Virus record (IMG/VR): IMGVR_UViG_3300045988_009603 | Reading direction: 5' to 3' (one strand) | DNA from: a virus | Lineage: Duplodnaviria > Heunggongvirae > Uroviricota > Caudoviricetes | DNA length: 64,000 nucleotides | In this document: positions 39,044 through 56,150 of the stretch, piece after piece | How positions within the stretch are numbered: position 1 is the stretch's first letter | Layout of the letters: each line of letters begins with the position of its first letter | Translations under genes and position numbers: made by a program | Notes under the pieces: generated by a model | The model's database searches: none | What the model saw: only the letters and a program-made list of their open reading frames with translations | Told to the model about the DNA's origin: nothing

Positions 39044-39178
39044 ATCACTTAAGAGTCTTTTAAGAGGGTTTTTAAGTGAGGTGTGGCACGGTAATGTTAG
39101 GTAGGGTCAGGTCAGGTCAGGTCAGGTGAGGTAAGGTAATGTATGGAAGGATGGCAGTAGCCTTATAAAAAATCTGCC
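39044..39178 (+). repeat. composite repeat unit copy 4, includes (GGTNA)7 tandem pentamers
   Basis: Box ATCACTTAAGAGTCTTTTAAGAGGGTTTTTAAGTGA near-identical to copy 1; GGTCA x4 + GGTGA + GGTAA x2 at 39105-39139; hairpin GGCAG-TAGCCTTATAAAAAAT-CTGCC 39153-39178. Confidence 0.6.
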
Positions 39179-39182
39179 AAAT

Positions 39183-39232
39183 AAGCTATAAAATCTGTTG
39201 ACAAGTCAGGTGTTATAGCTTATTTTTATACT
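39183..39232 (+). promoter_or_regulatory. candidate promoter (TTGACA at 39198) flanked by inverted repeat AAGCTATAA / TTATAGCTT
   Basis: Perfect -35 hexamer; weak -10 candidates TATTTT/TATACT; 9 bp inverted repeat arms 39183-39191 and 39215-39223. Confidence 0.35.
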
Positions 39233-39270
39233 CAATGTAATACAAAATTTAATATAACTTTGAGGTCATT

Positions 39271-39654
39271 ATGAAAAAGATTTTATTAGCTGCTGCAATG
39301 GTTATGGCAATGAATTTACCAGTCAATGCAACAGAACTTCCAAATGTGGACTTATCAGGTGTTCCAGAAGACACTTGCCAGATTGTTAAAGGTGTTGCTC
39401 TGGCTAATGGTGAGCTACTTAAACCAATCTCTGAAGAGTCTTTAACAGAGATGACTGATAAGGTAACTGACTATCAGTATCGTGTTCTTGCAGAGTATTT
39501 CCTGCAATCTGCAAATATTAAAGAGAAGCACCATGATGATATTGATGTACAGGTAATGCTAAATCATCGTATCCAGTTTAAAGAGGATTTGATGCAAAAA
39601 GCTATGTACGGTGTTGAGTATTTCTTAGAAAACAGAAGCTGCACAGGTATTTGA
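39271..39654 (+). CDS. secreted/periplasmic protein of unknown function
   Basis: Signal peptide MKKILLAAAMVMAMNLPVNA; GAGG RBS. Confidence 0.45.
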   Translation: MKKILLAAAMVMAMNLPVNATELPNVDLSGVPEDTCQIVKGVALANGELLKPISEESLTEMTDKVTDYQYRVLAEYFLQSANIKEKHHDDIDVQVMLNHRIQFKEDLMQKAMYGVEYFLENRSCTGI

Positions 39655-39655
39655 T

Positions 39656-39868
39656 ATGGCTCTTAAAAAGTTACATCCCAGAAGCGGTTATGGTAAGATA
39701 ATTGATGATACAGACGGCTTTACAGTCTTTACAGTTATCTGTCAAGATGATTCACAGATTGAAAAGGCTCTTGACGATTATCTTAACGATGAACGTGAAA
39801 AGGTTAGGGCTACTAACATAGACTCATTAATTGATACTTCACGCAAACGGAAGAAGAAAGATGAATGA
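39656..39868 (+). CDS. hypothetical protein
   Basis: 70 aa ORF. Confidence 0.35.
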   Translation: MALKKLHPRSGYGKIIDDTDGFTVFTVICQDDSQIEKALDDYLNDEREKVRATNIDSLIDTSRKRKKKDE

Positions 39869-40160
39869 GGTTTTTGACCCTTATGCCCCACAAGATGATT
39901 GGGAGGCTGATAGAGAGGTTGAAATGGAGAGTTATATTTGTCCAATGGATGTAGACGAAATGAGGGATTTCGTTGCACATCGTTTTAAGAGAGAGATTAA
40001 GTCCAGAGGTCTTTCTCAAGAGCAAGTTGCGAAAATTTGTGGTATCTCTCAGGCTCGTGTATCCAACATAATCAATCTCACTGGTAATGTCTCTCTTGAG
40101 TTTATGTTGGAAGTATGTGAAAAATTTGGTGTTAACTTCAATTTAAGGTTGGCAGATTAA
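39861..40160 (+). CDS. helix-turn-helix (XRE-like) DNA-binding protein
   Basis: HTH segment LSQEQVAKICGISQARVSNIINL; start at ATG 39861 overlapping upstream stop. Confidence 0.5.
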   Translation: MNEVFDPYAPQDDWEADREVEMESYICPMDVDEMRDFVAHRFKREIKSRGLSQEQVAKICGISQARVSNIINLTGNVSLEFMLEVCEKFGVNFNLRLAD

Positions 40161-40161
40161 T

Positions 40162-40521
40162 ATGAAACGTGAAAACATTATCCACTCTGAAAACTTCGCA
40201 CTAGGTTTTTATGGTGTACCTACTCACCTTGAAAAGTATTACGGTGTAAAGATTCTTTCCAATCTCATTATGGCTTACAAAGATGGTAAGATTAAGCATA
40301 CTGAGAAGAAACGTGTCATGGGTTATATGGCTGTAGGTTCAGCAATCTCAAACATTAAGCTGGAAACAACTAGCAGTCAGATTGTAAAAGACCACTTCAT
40401 CAAAGAGCTTTACCACAACCTTGATGGTGTAGATGTTCAGGCTGTTTGGCTGGATGTTGATGGTCACAATTACACAAGTTTCGTTTTCAAAAACGACGAC
40501 ATTAAGTGTCTGTTCCCATAA
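40162..40521 (+). CDS. hypothetical protein
   Basis: 119 aa ORF. Confidence 0.35.
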   Translation: MKRENIIHSENFALGFYGVPTHLEKYYGVKILSNLIMAYKDGKIKHTEKKRVMGYMAVGSAISNIKLETTSSQIVKDHFIKELYHNLDGVDVQAVWLDVDGHNYTSFVFKNDDIKCLFP

Positions 40522-40534
40522 TAGGTGATTAACT

Positions 40535-41050
40535 ATGATTGATATCTTCTTACAAGATGCCCATGCAGATTTCCTTAAAGAGATGCTTAAAAAGTTTATG
40601 GCTTCACAGTATGAGAATGAAGCATCTTTTAAAATAGTTACATGTGGCGACGAAGCTGGTTTTGTTGAGATTGAGCATGAAGGTACTGGAAAGACTGTTT
40701 GTAAGCTACCTGATAGTATGTTCTCTAATACGTTCTTAACAAAGACTAGTATAAATGTTAAACTTGTACCGCAGATTGAAACATACTCTGGTACAGATTA
40801 CCCTAAAGGTTTCAAGTCGCTAATGAGGTACTTCTTAGATGACTTTGTGAGCAATCTTCTGAGAGAGGTAAAAGAAAGTCGTACAGTGTTAACTGTAGAG
40901 AACATGGGAGGCACTATAAGGGTTACTTCTGACTGTTTTGTTATGAGCCTCTTCGACTTCGTTCCTAAGAACTTTGATGGTATTCTGGATGAAGAAGATG
41001 ACTGTGTAGACTTTATATTGGTTCTTGAACCAGTTTTTGAGGTTAAATAA
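40535..41050 (+). CDS. hypothetical protein
   Basis: 171 aa ORF. Confidence 0.35.
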   Translation: MIDIFLQDAHADFLKEMLKKFMASQYENEASFKIVTCGDEAGFVEIEHEGTGKTVCKLPDSMFSNTFLTKTSINVKLVPQIETYSGTDYPKGFKSLMRYFLDDFVSNLLREVKESRTVLTVENMGGTIRVTSDCFVMSLFDFVPKNFDGILDEEDDCVDFILVLEPVFEVK

Positions 41051-41311
41051 ATGAAAATTGAACACTGCTATGAGTCTGATGGAACGCCTATACGTTGCCC
41101 ACATTGTGGGTGTACAGACTTGCAAGGTGAAGTTCATGTGATTGTTAATGGTCATATAGCTGAAGAGAGTACGACATGTGTTGATTGTGGTGAGCAGCTA
41201 TCATTCTGGGCTTATGGTTCATACCAACCATCTCCACATTTTATCTACCATCGTAGTAAAGTTGTGAAGAGTGTCATCAACTGGTTCATTAAGAAAGGGT
41301 TTACAAAATGA
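41051..41311 (+). CDS. small zinc-ribbon protein
   Basis: CPHCGC...CVDCGEQ cysteine pairs. Confidence 0.35.
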   Translation: MKIEHCYESDGTPIRCPHCGCTDLQGEVHVIVNGHIAEESTTCVDCGEQLSFWAYGSYQPSPHFIYHRSKVVKSVINWFIKKGFTK

Positions 41312-41853
41312 TTAAGCTAATATTTGCAAGTGGTGAAAACGGTGAATTTGGTACTCCAACTGGTATGCCGTGGCCTCGACATAAACAGGACATGCAAGAG
41401 TTTAAGAGACTCACTAAAAATAACTTAGTAGTCATGGGTAATGAGACTTTTAAGACTCTGGGTAGTAAACCTCTACCAGAACGTGCAAACCTTATCTTAA
41501 CAAATTCTGTACCATACTTAGGCATAGACTTTGGCAAAGATGATGTAATGTATGCTAAAGCCAGTAAAGAGTCATTTGGAGCATTTTTGAAGTATCTTGA
41601 TAGCTCTATTGATGAAGATGTCTTTGTAATTGGTGGCGCAGGTGTCCTTGTCGATGCTTTACCGTATGCTGATGTAGTGTTCCATACTGTTTTCCATAAA
41701 GTTACTGAAGAGGTCACTGTGCATTTACCTTTTGAAAACTTCTTTGAGAAGCTGTATGATAACCATGTATTTACAAAGGTACAGTCAAAACCATCAGAGG
41801 ATGGTAAAGCAACTTTTGAAATTTATGTTCCACAAGTAAAAGGACACTTTTGA
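41308..41853 (+). CDS. frd: dihydrofolate reductase
   Basis: N-terminal IFASGENGEFG...PWP and VVMGNETFKTLGSKPLPERANLILT match DHFR signatures; upstream of td. Confidence 0.7.
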   Translation: MIKLIFASGENGEFGTPTGMPWPRHKQDMQEFKRLTKNNLVVMGNETFKTLGSKPLPERANLILTNSVPYLGIDFGKDDVMYAKASKESFGAFLKYLDSSIDEDVFVIGGAGVLVDALPYADVVFHTVFHKVTEEVTVHLPFENFFEKLYDNHVFTKVQSKPSEDGKATFEIYVPQVKGHF

Positions 41854-41854
41854 T

Positions 41855-42754
41855 ATGTCACAAGCAGATTCAAGTTACAAAAATATCCTGAACCATGTTC
41901 TATCCGTTGGTGAACTGCGTACTACACGAACTGGAGATGTTATCTCTGCATTCGCTCCACCTAAGTTTCGCTTTGATATGCGAACTGGTTTCCCGCTTTT
42001 AACATCTAAACAGGTGTTTACACGGCAAGTTATTGGGGAAGCTTTATGGTTCCTGAATGGTGAGAATAAGCTTGGTGAACTCCGTTACCGTACTTGGGGT
42101 GAAAATGACGGAGAACGCTGGACTATCTGGTCAGATGATTTTAAACGCTGGTTAAGCTCTAATTACTCTTCTGAACAAGATTGGTTAGAAGATGCAGGTG
42201 GAAGAATTTATGGGGTTCAGTGGAGAAACTTTGAAGGTCATAACGGTTGTGTTGTAGACCAGTTAGAGACCTTAGTAACAAAGATGAAGGGTGATATCAC
42301 AGACCGTTACATGCTTGTTAATGCTTGGAATGCAGCAGATATTGCAGCAAACTCAATGGCTTTAGCACCTTGTCATGTTCTGTTTCAGATTTATATCACT
42401 AATGAAGGTGAAGTTGACTTACAATGGTATCAGCGTTCAGTAGACACCTTTTTAGGACTTCCGTTTAATATTGCATCTTATGGTTTTATTCTGGAAGTTC
42501 TTTGTAAGATGACTGGATACACTCCACGATATTTGATAGGTGTCTTTGGAGATACTCAGATTTATCAGAACCATATGAAGCAGGTTTATGAACTGATGAG
42601 CAATGAAGAGTTCCATGCACCTACTTTTGAGATTGGTTTACAGCTTAATACTTTAAGTGACTTAAAACATCTCACTGCAAGTGACTTTATTGGTGGCATC
42701 AGCAACTATCAACATGCAGGAAAGATTGAAGCACCTTTGTCAGTAGGTAAATAA
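41855..42754 (+). CDS. td: thymidylate synthase
   Basis: Active-site region LAPCHVLFQIY, plus WRNFEG region; 299 aa. Confidence 0.8.
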   Translation: MSQADSSYKNILNHVLSVGELRTTRTGDVISAFAPPKFRFDMRTGFPLLTSKQVFTRQVIGEALWFLNGENKLGELRYRTWGENDGERWTIWSDDFKRWLSSNYSSEQDWLEDAGGRIYGVQWRNFEGHNGCVVDQLETLVTKMKGDITDRYMLVNAWNAADIAANSMALAPCHVLFQIYITNEGEVDLQWYQRSVDTFLGLPFNIASYGFILEVLCKMTGYTPRYLIGVFGDTQIYQNHMKQVYELMSNEEFHAPTFEIGLQLNTLSDLKHLTASDFIGGISNYQHAGKIEAPLSVGK

Positions 42755-42763
42755 AACAAAAAA

Positions 42764-42784
42764 GGCTCCCGTAAAAAAGGAGCC
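42764..42784. terminator. hairpin terminator between convergent td and minus-strand block
   Basis: GGCTCC-loop-GGAGCC with A-run upstream on plus strand. Confidence 0.45.
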
Positions 42785-42791
42785 TTAAACT

Positions 42792-43163
42792 TTACTTTTC
42801 AGTATTCTTTGTGTTCTTCTCAGTAATAGCTTGGAGGGCTGATACTGATTGAGCCAGATTGTTAACACTATCAGAGAATTTATCAAGAGTCTTAGTAAGT
42901 TTTGCGTTCTCACCCTTAACATTCTCTAACTGGACTTTCTGGTTCTCCATCCCTAGCTGAAGCAGCCTCATATCAGACTGTAAATCACGAATAGCTGAAT
43001 AATTACTTTTGGAATAATTATCTAACTGCTGTAATTTTGTTGTGATAGACACTTCTTGCTTACCATCCGAGACTTGCATGGTGGTATACATCCCAATAAC
43101 ACTAAAAATACCAACTACAATTGCACCAATATTATTTTTAAAAGCTTCCTCTAGCCACTTCAT
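42792..43163 (-). CDS. membrane-anchored coiled-coil protein (lysis-associated?)
   Basis: N-terminal TM IGAIVVGIFSVIGMY followed by heptad-rich sequence. Confidence 0.3.
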   Translation of the reverse strand: MKWLEEAFKNNIGAIVVGIFSVIGMYTTMQVSDGKQEVSITTKLQQLDNYSKSNYSAIRDLQSDMRLLQLGMENQKVQLENVKGENAKLTKTLDKFSDSVNNLAQSVSALQAITEKNTKNTEK

Positions 43164-43358
43164 TTATTCTCCCCCCTTAAAAGCTTTTTCTAAGTTATCT
43201 ACGAACTCATCATCAATAGGTGTGTCTGTTTTACTCGCAAGGTATCTTGCAAGCCTAAAGAACACTTTCTCAATCATGTATTCACTTAGAAGGGATAAAA
43301 TGAGTTTCCAGAAGAAGCTACCTAGATTTTTTAGAAGAATTGCTAGGATTGTAGGCAT
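43164..43358 (-). CDS. small membrane protein (holin-like?)
   Basis: 64 aa with hydrophobic N-terminus and charged C-terminus. Confidence 0.3.
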   Translation of the reverse strand: MPTILAILLKNLGSFFWKLILSLLSEYMIEKVFFRLARYLASKTDTPIDDEFVDNLEKAFKGGE

Positions 43359-43437
43359 TTAATCACCTCATCAGCCAAGATGGTGAGAATACCCATAAAG
43401 AATATTAACACCATCTTAACAATCAGTCAACAAGGGA

Positions 43438-45783
43438 TTAAGCAGTTCTCACCCAAGCCATTAGCTTGTAGAATTGGTTAGTAACACTAAATGCTGAACC
43501 AGAACCTGTACCACCAGTGTTACCACTTACTGTATGACTGTGAGCACCAATACCAACACTGTGAGCATGGTTACCAGCAGAAGCAGCAGTACCACTTACA
43601 GAGTGGGTGTGGTCACCACCCCCATCAGTGTAACCCGGACCTGTACCGATTCTACCACCACCACCACCAGAATAGTGTGTAGAGTTCTGACCAATCCACG
43701 AGATAGCGTGGTTGTGGTGACCAGCAGATGAAGTAGAGCCACTTACAGAGTGAGTGTGAGCACCAGTCGTGTTAGTGTTTTTTGTTCCGTAGTCAAACGA
43801 CGAAGTGGTAGCAGAAAAACTGTGAGTGTGTGAAGGCAAGTTCCCAACAGCTAACGTCACAGAGTCTGAACCACCAGTTGTAGCAACATCTGAACCATTT
43901 GCTGCTGCAATTCTGATAGTTCTACCAACACCATTGTTGAGGTACGTCCAAGTTAACCCAGGAAGTGCTGTATTAGGGTCAACATTACTGTTAAACCACG
44001 TTACAATACCTACTGGATAGATTTTATTAAGGTCTGTAGAGTCACTAATTGCTGTTGCAATTTTCTGGTCAGTTTCAGCTTTAGTGTATGCACCAATATC
44101 TGAAGGGGTTGGTTTAAATGCCGTTGAATACAACTGTGCCTCTCCAACATATGCTCCATCTGCCCCATAAGCATACGTGAAGATATCAAGACCTTTAGAC
44201 CCATATGTAAAAGCAATACCTCTGGCATGAGCAATACCAGCAGCATGTGCTACATGGATGGCTAAATCTTTCAGACCCTGCTCAATACCGTTGTTTCTTA
44301 CAAACCCTGAATAATCTTTATTGAATGATGATGGGTCATCTAGTCTATTAGTTGTCCTTGTCATTAAAGATTGGTTTAACAGTTTTGTTTTTAAGAAATA
44401 TCTAGCATCTAAGTTAGCCCAATCAGAAGGTTGAACTTGACCAGTAATGGTTAGGTTCTTATTAGCCTTAATCGCTGAGGACATAAGAGTAATTTGAGTC
44501 CCAGAGTAGCTGTTGTTTAATGCTACATCATTAGAATTTGTGCCACCCACACCTACCCACCACCTAGATACATTCGCAGTATCAACACCACGGATATATT
44601 GTGGCTGCCCCTGTGTTAAGTTTCTTAATACTAAACCTTCATTATTTGATACAATAGTTTGCACATTTGTAAAAGTGTTTGCCACATTAATCTTAGCAAG
44701 ATTACTCAAAGTTCCTGCTGGAATGTATCTAGCATCAATGTTAGTCCAATCAGAAGGTTGAACTTGACCAGTGATTTTTAGTGTTGTATTGATAGCGGTA
44801 TTTGAACCAATAGTGAGTTTACCACCAGTTTTGTAATTCTCTAGTGATACATCATCACCGCCGTTTGCGCATCCAACATACCACCTGTTAGCACCAGAAG
44901 AGTCAATAGCCTTGATGTACAATGGCTGGCTAACTGATGAATTTTGCAACCTTAACACTTCACCATCACGTTTAATTGTGTTAAAGCCATTAAACACATT
45001 TGCACCACTAAAGGTATTATTACCAGTTAACTGTGCAAATCTCTGATTAGCTGCTGTCTGAGTAAAATATCTAGCATCTAAGTTAGAGAAGTCAGAGGGT
45101 TGAACCTGTCCAGTAATAGCAAGGGTTTTATTAATAGCAACACTTGTGCCTAGAGTAATGGTTGAACCTTGTTCGCTCTCAATTTGAACATCACGGCTGC
45201 CTTTAATTAGGTTCCCGATAGCCCAAACTTTTTCACTACTAGCATCCCTAGCTACAACAGCAGTGTATGCCTCACTAGCACTTGCAGGGTTTCTTAGTGT
45301 TAGAATCTCTCCATTTGCTGTAATAGTCTGCTTGACGTTAAACGTGTTTGAGTTAGCCAACCTTGCATACCTTTCATCATTCTCTTCATTAGTTCTCATG
45401 CCAAGCTCATTAGGACTTGGCTTATTCAGAGTATGGTAAACGGTTGCAGACCTTGAAGCATCTGCAATAGTCAGTTTAAGACCATTTGCATTGATTTTAA
45501 AAGTCTTTAAAACATCACCAATATTAATCTCAGAAGAGCCTGTTGGGTCAAAGACTGCCTTACCACCGTAAAGTAACTTCACAATACCTAAGTCACCCGT
45601 CATAGTACTGCCAGCAATCTGAACAAATCTTTCAAGTTTAAAAGATGCTAAGAAGTCTTGATAGGTCATTCGACGGTCTTCATCACCTAGCATTTCAGGT
45701 CTCTTTTTAACCCTGACATGAAGAAGGTCATCTGAACGGATTGTGTCGATTGAGTTTAATTCACTCAACTTGTAATCTGCCAT
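43438..45783 (-). CDS. long tail fibre protein with internal triplicated module and His-rich C-terminal tip
   Basis: Three ~110 aa repeats each containing ITGQVQPSD(F/W)xN(L/I)DARY; C-terminal HTHS/HNH/HxH-rich segment. Confidence 0.6.
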   Translation of the reverse strand: MADYKLSELNSIDTIRSDDLLHVRVKKRPEMLGDEDRRMTYQDFLASFKLERFVQIAGSTMTGDLGIVKLLYGGKAVFDPTGSSEINIGDVLKTFKINANGLKLTIADASRSATVYHTLNKPSPNELGMRTNEENDERYARLANSNTFNVKQTITANGEILTLRNPASASEAYTAVVARDASSEKVWAIGNLIKGSRDVQIESEQGSTITLGTSVAINKTLAITGQVQPSDFSNLDARYFTQTAANQRFAQLTGNNTFSGANVFNGFNTIKRDGEVLRLQNSSVSQPLYIKAIDSSGANRWYVGCANGGDDVSLENYKTGGKLTIGSNTAINTTLKITGQVQPSDWTNIDARYIPAGTLSNLAKINVANTFTNVQTIVSNNEGLVLRNLTQGQPQYIRGVDTANVSRWWVGVGGTNSNDVALNNSYSGTQITLMSSAIKANKNLTITGQVQPSDWANLDARYFLKTKLLNQSLMTRTTNRLDDPSSFNKDYSGFVRNNGIEQGLKDLAIHVAHAAGIAHARGIAFTYGSKGLDIFTYAYGADGAYVGEAQLYSTAFKPTPSDIGAYTKAETDQKIATAISDSTDLNKIYPVGIVTWFNSNVDPNTALPGLTWTYLNNGVGRTIRIAAANGSDVATTGGSDSVTLAVGNLPSHTHSFSATTSSFDYGTKNTNTTGAHTHSVSGSTSSAGHHNHAISWIGQNSTHYSGGGGGRIGTGPGYTDGGGDHTHSVSGTAASAGNHAHSVGIGAHSHTVSGNTGGTGSGSAFSVTNQFYKLMAWVRTA
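44380..45130 (-). repeat. three tandem ~330 nt intragenic repeats in tail fibre gene
   Basis: Recurrent DNA segment TCTAGCATCTAAGTTAG...CAGAAGGTTGAACTTGACCAGT at ~44401, ~44728, ~45070. Confidence 0.55.
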
Positions 45784-45829
45784 TATAAATTTTCCTCTTA
45801 AAAGGGGCTATAAAGCCCCTGTAAAGAAA

Positions 45830-46978
45830 TTAAGCTGTTCTCTGCCATACATACAATACGAAGGATGGCTGTTCAACACTAAATGCTTGACCAGAACCAG
45901 TTGTACCAGTTGTGCCAGAGTGCGAATGCTCACCTGCTCCGGTTACTGTTACTGTTGCTGAGTGGTTGTGGGAACCAATTGCAACAGTATGGCTGTGAGC
46001 ACCAATACCAACCGTGTGATTATGCGCACCAATTGCTACAGAGTGAGTGTGGTTATTAGCTGTTGTCAATGTAGCTCTTGGGTCATAGCTTGCCCCCTCA
46101 ACTGATAAACCTCTCCAGCCACCATCAGCATAGCCACGGTTAATGAATGTTGTTTGTGTTAAGCCAGCAGCACTTGTTGTTCTGTTGCCATAGTCATAAG
46201 TAGATACAGTCTTGGTTCCATAGTCAAACGTTGTAGTCCCTTTAGTGCCATAGTCAAAAGCACTGATAGAGGCCGTTGCACCATGAGTATGACCACCACC
46301 AGTGACGTACACTGAGTGGGTATGTGCAGGGATGTTATTAACCGTCAGTGCAGTAGTCTGTGAACCAAACGTTGAACCAACTGGCCTAGAATCACTATCA
46401 TAACCTACAAGTGCTCTCCCTTTTGAGACTAACTCCCAAGTACCTCCGCAAATTAAATATGTAGAGGGGTTTGCAGGATTCATAGAGAGATGGATAGTAC
46501 CTACTGGATAAGAAGCCTGAACAGCCTTGTACAAGTTATTTACTGCTCTTGCTGTAGCATACTTATCTGCATCTTCATTATAAAGGTTAGATGTTGTCCA
46601 GTTCTGGATATTACTTAAACCAACCTGCGCCTTAGTTGTATTGTGTGGGTTGCTCTTGTCATTAATATGCTGCTGAATAAGACTATTAACCTCTTCTGAA
46701 GACATAATCTGTAGATTTTTTCTTGCCTCAGCTACATTAACAATATCTGATAAGTTATTTGCAGCAACTAACTGAAGAGCATTAATAACATTGTCTAGAC
46801 CAATTTGTGTCTTAGTAACACCATGAGGGTTATTTCTTAGGCTTGAGTGTGGAGCAAGTAGTTGCTCAAGAGTACATCTCTTATCCTCAATACCCTGCTT
46901 AAGATGGAAGATATCACTAAGGTCAATCGGTAAGGCTGCTTGAGGCAAGGCACTAATTTGAATTTCACCTACTGCCAT
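45830..46978 (-). CDS. tail fibre protein with His-rich (HxH) tip
   Basis: C-terminal NHTHSVAIGAHNHTVGIGAHSHTVAIGSHNHS repeats. Confidence 0.55.
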   Translation of the reverse strand: MAVGEIQISALPQAALPIDLSDIFHLKQGIEDKRCTLEQLLAPHSSLRNNPHGVTKTQIGLDNVINALQLVAANNLSDIVNVAEARKNLQIMSSEEVNSLIQQHINDKSNPHNTTKAQVGLSNIQNWTTSNLYNEDADKYATARAVNNLYKAVQASYPVGTIHLSMNPANPSTYLICGGTWELVSKGRALVGYDSDSRPVGSTFGSQTTALTVNNIPAHTHSVYVTGGGHTHGATASISAFDYGTKGTTTFDYGTKTVSTYDYGNRTTSAAGLTQTTFINRGYADGGWRGLSVEGASYDPRATLTTANNHTHSVAIGAHNHTVGIGAHSHTVAIGSHNHSATVTVTGAGEHSHSGTTGTTGSGQAFSVEQPSFVLYVWQRTA

Positions 46979-46980
46979 TA

Positions 46981-54975
<7,995 letters not shown>

Positions 54976-54976
<1 letters not shown>

Positions 54977-55215
54977 TACATTTTTCCTGCTCTTCTAAGT
55001 TCGTTGTAAGCAATTTCCTCTTTATACGACCTCTGAATTTCAAGAAATTGTCTCAATGATAATAAATCAGAGAATGTCATAGCAAAGAGTTGGTCAAGTG
55101 TTTCTTTACACCCTTCCATACCATAAATAGCAAGCACAAATTTCATCTCGTCTGCTTCTTCATAGGTTGACTCTACAGCAGCATCAGTTAGTGGTGTCTG
55201 TAGAGTGTTACCCAT
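54976..55215 (-). CDS. tail assembly chaperone, frameshift-extension ORF
   Basis: -1 frame relative to upstream chaperone ORF, open through the overlap; 1 nt overlap with tape measure start. Confidence 0.5.
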
Positions 55216-55217
55216 GT

Positions 55218-55616
55218 TTACTGAGAAGTTAGGCTTTTGAAAATGCTTGCTTCGAAAAAACTTCCGAAGTTTGCCTCCAGCGCAAATGCTAAGTAATCAA
55301 TAAATTCACCGTAGTTTGCTTGGAAGTATGTATCAATATTGAGTGGGAAGTCATCAACAGTTGCCCCTTGAAATAGCAGGGTAGCCATTTCTTCTAGGTT
55401 AATTTCTTCAATTCTGTCAAAACAAGCTTCAACCAGTTCTTTAAATGGAACCATTGGAGCTTCTTTCTTATCTTTATCCGTAAGACTTGACAGCATCTGT
55501 GCAAATGTTGGAACAACAATTTTACCCAACTTCATAGACATCTTAATACCGTCTCTTGCCCCAAGCAGAATGATATTTACTTTCTTACCATTAATTACTC
55601 TAGATTCTGTTTTCAT
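55218..55616 (-). CDS. tail assembly chaperone
   Basis: 132 aa between tube and tape measure genes. Confidence 0.5.
   Translation of the reverse strand: MKTESRVINGKKVNIILLGARDGIKMSMKLGKIVVPTFAQMLSSLTDKDKKEAPMVPFKELVEACFDRIEEINLEEMATLLFQGATVDDFPLNIDTYFQANYGEFIDYLAFALEANFGSFFEASIFKSLTSQ
55254..55260 (-). other. candidate -1 programmed ribosomal frameshift heptamer (U UUU UUC)
   Basis: In-frame X XXY YYZ site 12 codons before the chaperone stop; -1 frame continues without stop into ORF 54976..55215. Confidence 0.45.
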
Positions 55617-55639
55617 TGTGATTCCTTAATACTTTAAAA

Positions 55640-55672
55640 GAAACAAAAAAGGGGAAGACCTTTTAAAGTCTC
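55640..55672 (-). terminator. hairpin terminator downstream of tail tube gene
   Basis: GGGGAGAC-loop-GTCTCCCC stem-loop with flanking A/T runs. Confidence 0.4.
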
Positions 55673-55688
55673 CCCCTTATAGGATTTA

Positions 55689-56135
55689 TTAAACACTTGA
55701 CGCTGGAATTGTAGAAGTGTAGTCTAGCTTCTCACAACCAAAAATCCAAGTTTTAGAGTTCTGGTCACGACCAAGTTCAATCTGCGGCAATTCCTGCAAC
55801 CAAGCATTAATACCAGTTGCCAGAACAGAGCCTGATGGGTCGTAGATTACGAAGTTAGAAGAGATATCTTCTTCAAGTTCCATATTGTCTTGTTTAGCTT
55901 GAATTGCAGAAAGCATCTGGTTAGAGAGAGAAGTCTGCATTAGCTCAATCTCAATAGTACCTGTCTTGTCTGCATTTCTTGTCAGAGCAACTTGACCACC
56001 TGCACCTACAACTGGTGTAATAAGTGGTGATGTTCTCTGTAGACGTAAGAATGAGTCTGGGGCAAAGCCTTCAATAGCAATGCCGTTCCAGCTACATACA
56101 ACGTCTTTAGGGGAATATTGCTGATACATAGCCAT
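55689..56135 (-). CDS. tail tube protein
   Basis: 148 aa, immediately downstream of sheath gene. Confidence 0.5.
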   Translation of the reverse strand: MAMYQQYSPKDVVCSWNGIAIEGFAPDSFLRLQRTSPLITPVVGAGGQVALTRNADKTGTIEIELMQTSLSNQMLSAIQAKQDNMELEEDISSNFVIYDPSGSVLATGINAWLQELPQIELGRDQNSKTWIFGCEKLDYTSTIPASSV

Positions 56136-56150
56136 TCCAATTTACCTCTA

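Noticed and set aside
43491-44761. Several plus-strand ORFs (43491..43682, 43534..43731, 43826..44020, 44513..44761) and minus-strand 44010..44246 inside the tail fibre gene
   Set aside because: All lie within or antisense to the 781 aa fibre ORF; their His/Thr/Val-rich translations mirror the HxH-rich fibre sequence and lack start signals.
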